Assembly: GCA_964016885.1 (NCBI GenBank)
Contig: OZ024741.1
Span: forward strand, 127,410,001-127,474,000
DNA length: 64,000 bases
Direction: 5' to 3'
Source of the DNA: Eledone cirrhosa
Lineage: Eukaryota
Positions 62,541-64,000 of the stretch are shown here, in pieces. Position 1 is the stretch's first letter. Each line of letters begins with the position of its first letter. Under the pieces are notes generated by a model. It was not told the DNA's origin. It saw nothing but the letters and a program-made list of their open reading frames with translations, and did no database searches. The translations under genes and the position numbers were made by a program.

Positions 62541-63000
62541 CATCATCATCACCATTTTACGTCCGTTCTTCCACACTAGCATGGGTTAGACGGGTTGTCC
62601 TGTTGTGGGCAGTGTCTGGTCGGCTGACCATGCCTTGCTCATACAGGAACTGATTTGGCTTGATTTCTACAGCTGGATGCCCTTCCTAACACCAACCTCA
62701 TTTACAGTGAGTGCTGGGTGCTTTTTCGTGGCGCCTACATGTCCACTTTACAGTGTGGGCTGGGTGCTTTTTTGACATGGCACCTCCACGACCACCTTGC
62801 AGTGGGAGGGTGTGGGGGCATATTGTCTATATGCTTCAGCTTGTACCCATGGGAGGTCGAGTACTCTGTATTACTGCGTGACGCCAGAGGTCATGGTCGT
62901 GTGTCATCGCCTTTGAGAGGTGTAATTGGGTAAGGTCGGCTTTTATCACCTCATTCCAGGTCATCTTGGGTCTCCCCACTCCGCGGTTTCCATCGACTTT
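62541..63000 (-). mobile_element. 5'-truncated RTE copy with full 3' UTR
   Basis: KVDGNRGVGRPKMTWNEVIKADLTQLHLSK...RPPMGTS* is nearly identical to the 1039-aa ORF end; (cat)n tail. Confidence 0.9.
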
Positions 63001-63780
63001 AGATAATGTTATAAATGGAAATTGTAAAATGTATTGTAAGCACGATAGCGGGAATATGGCAATATTGTTGTGTAAAATATATTGTAACCACCAGTAGCTG
63101 TTTGGTTGGATCTGAATCAACAAGCTCCCAGACCTCATTTGCTTGTCGAGTGGTAGGGAACTCATCAGATCGAACCAAGGAAACAATGTTTCCATTGGTC
63201 TTTCTAATTGCTAATACTATCTACCAGTCACAACTCCTGGAAGAAGAAGCAACAATGTGAAATAAAGTGTATTGCTCAAGGACATAACACATCACTTGGC
63301 TTGGAAATTGAACTCCCAATCTCACGTAGCTCTAATGTGGCAATAATGTTTGGTATACATGCTACTTATTACCTATATGTAAGTGGCAAATTGGCAGATT
63401 TTTTAGAATGTTGAATCAAATATTTTGTCATTTTTTTCTGGGTTTTTGAGGTCAGTAAAGTACCATTCCAATACTGTAGTTGATTCTCTCTCTTTTTAAG
63501 AAATCATCTATGTCTCGATCTGGAGAGGGATAGGCTCATTCAAGTTTAAATGTCATGGCAGCACCTCTATCACTGTGTCTAGATCATTACCTGTATGGTG
63601 GAATATAAGATTTTTACTGCTTCAATAAATGTTCATAGTGAACTTATTGCTGTCTTAAGCAATTTTTTTTTTTTTTTTTTTACTTAGGTTTGGAGGACCT
63701 ACTGCATATTATCACAACAATTTGAACCCTCAATTTACATCTTCAAAACTTCAATACACTATATGATATAGTTGCTAGGG

Positions 63781-63941
63781 CAGTGGTTCTCAATCTTTTT
63801 TTGCCAATGGCACACCTTGGAACACATGAAAAAATAGCAGCACACCTTTGAATTTTACAAAATAAAAAATTGGGATCATGTGGTTTTTCATATCTTAGTG
63901 TGCCGTTCAAAATTTCACGGCACACTGGTTGAGAATCACTG
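63781..63941. mobile_element. hAT (Charlie/MER5-like) MITE
   Basis: TIRs cagtggttctcaa / ttgagaatcactg; flanks tgctaggg / ctctagag resemble the NTCTAGAN hAT target. Confidence 0.7.
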
Positions 63942-64000
63942 CTCTAGAGGGTTGGCTGTGCAAGGGATCCCATGACTGTATGTCCTTCCTGGCTCAAAGC

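Overview
AT-rich, microsatellite- and SINE-dense animal genomic DNA. The repeat landscape looks octopod/coleoid cephalopod; this is an inference, not shown by the sequence. Two spliced host genes on the + strand can be rebuilt from GT-AG sites with consistent phases. (A) A 208-aa uncharacterised charged, helical protein with coding exons 22360-22685, 31437-31626 and 33525-33635. (B) The 5' part of a d4/DPF (Requiem) BAF-subunit gene with a compact promoter at ~40630-40730 and six exons from 40730 to 59405; its PHD-finger exons are not in the window. Two non-LTR retrotransposons have intact ORFs: an RTE-clade element (18444-21563, -) with a C4HC3 PHD-type finger just after its RT domain, and an R4/Dong-clade RLE element (25439-29089, +) inserted in (TAA)n. 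The Dong element sits in the 3' UTR of a 5'-truncated RTE with three C2H2 fingers and a 42-bp target duplication, which itself landed at the edge of a related non-autonomous element. All three layers lie in one intron of gene A. Also present: a dispersed repeat carrying a minimal hammerhead-ribozyme motif, modular tRNA-derived SINEs with swapped tails, SINE- and LINE-derived minisatellites, mariner and CRE-like relics, MITEs, and several long near-perfect hairpins in the DPF introns. No rRNA, genuine tRNA or CRISPR features are supported.
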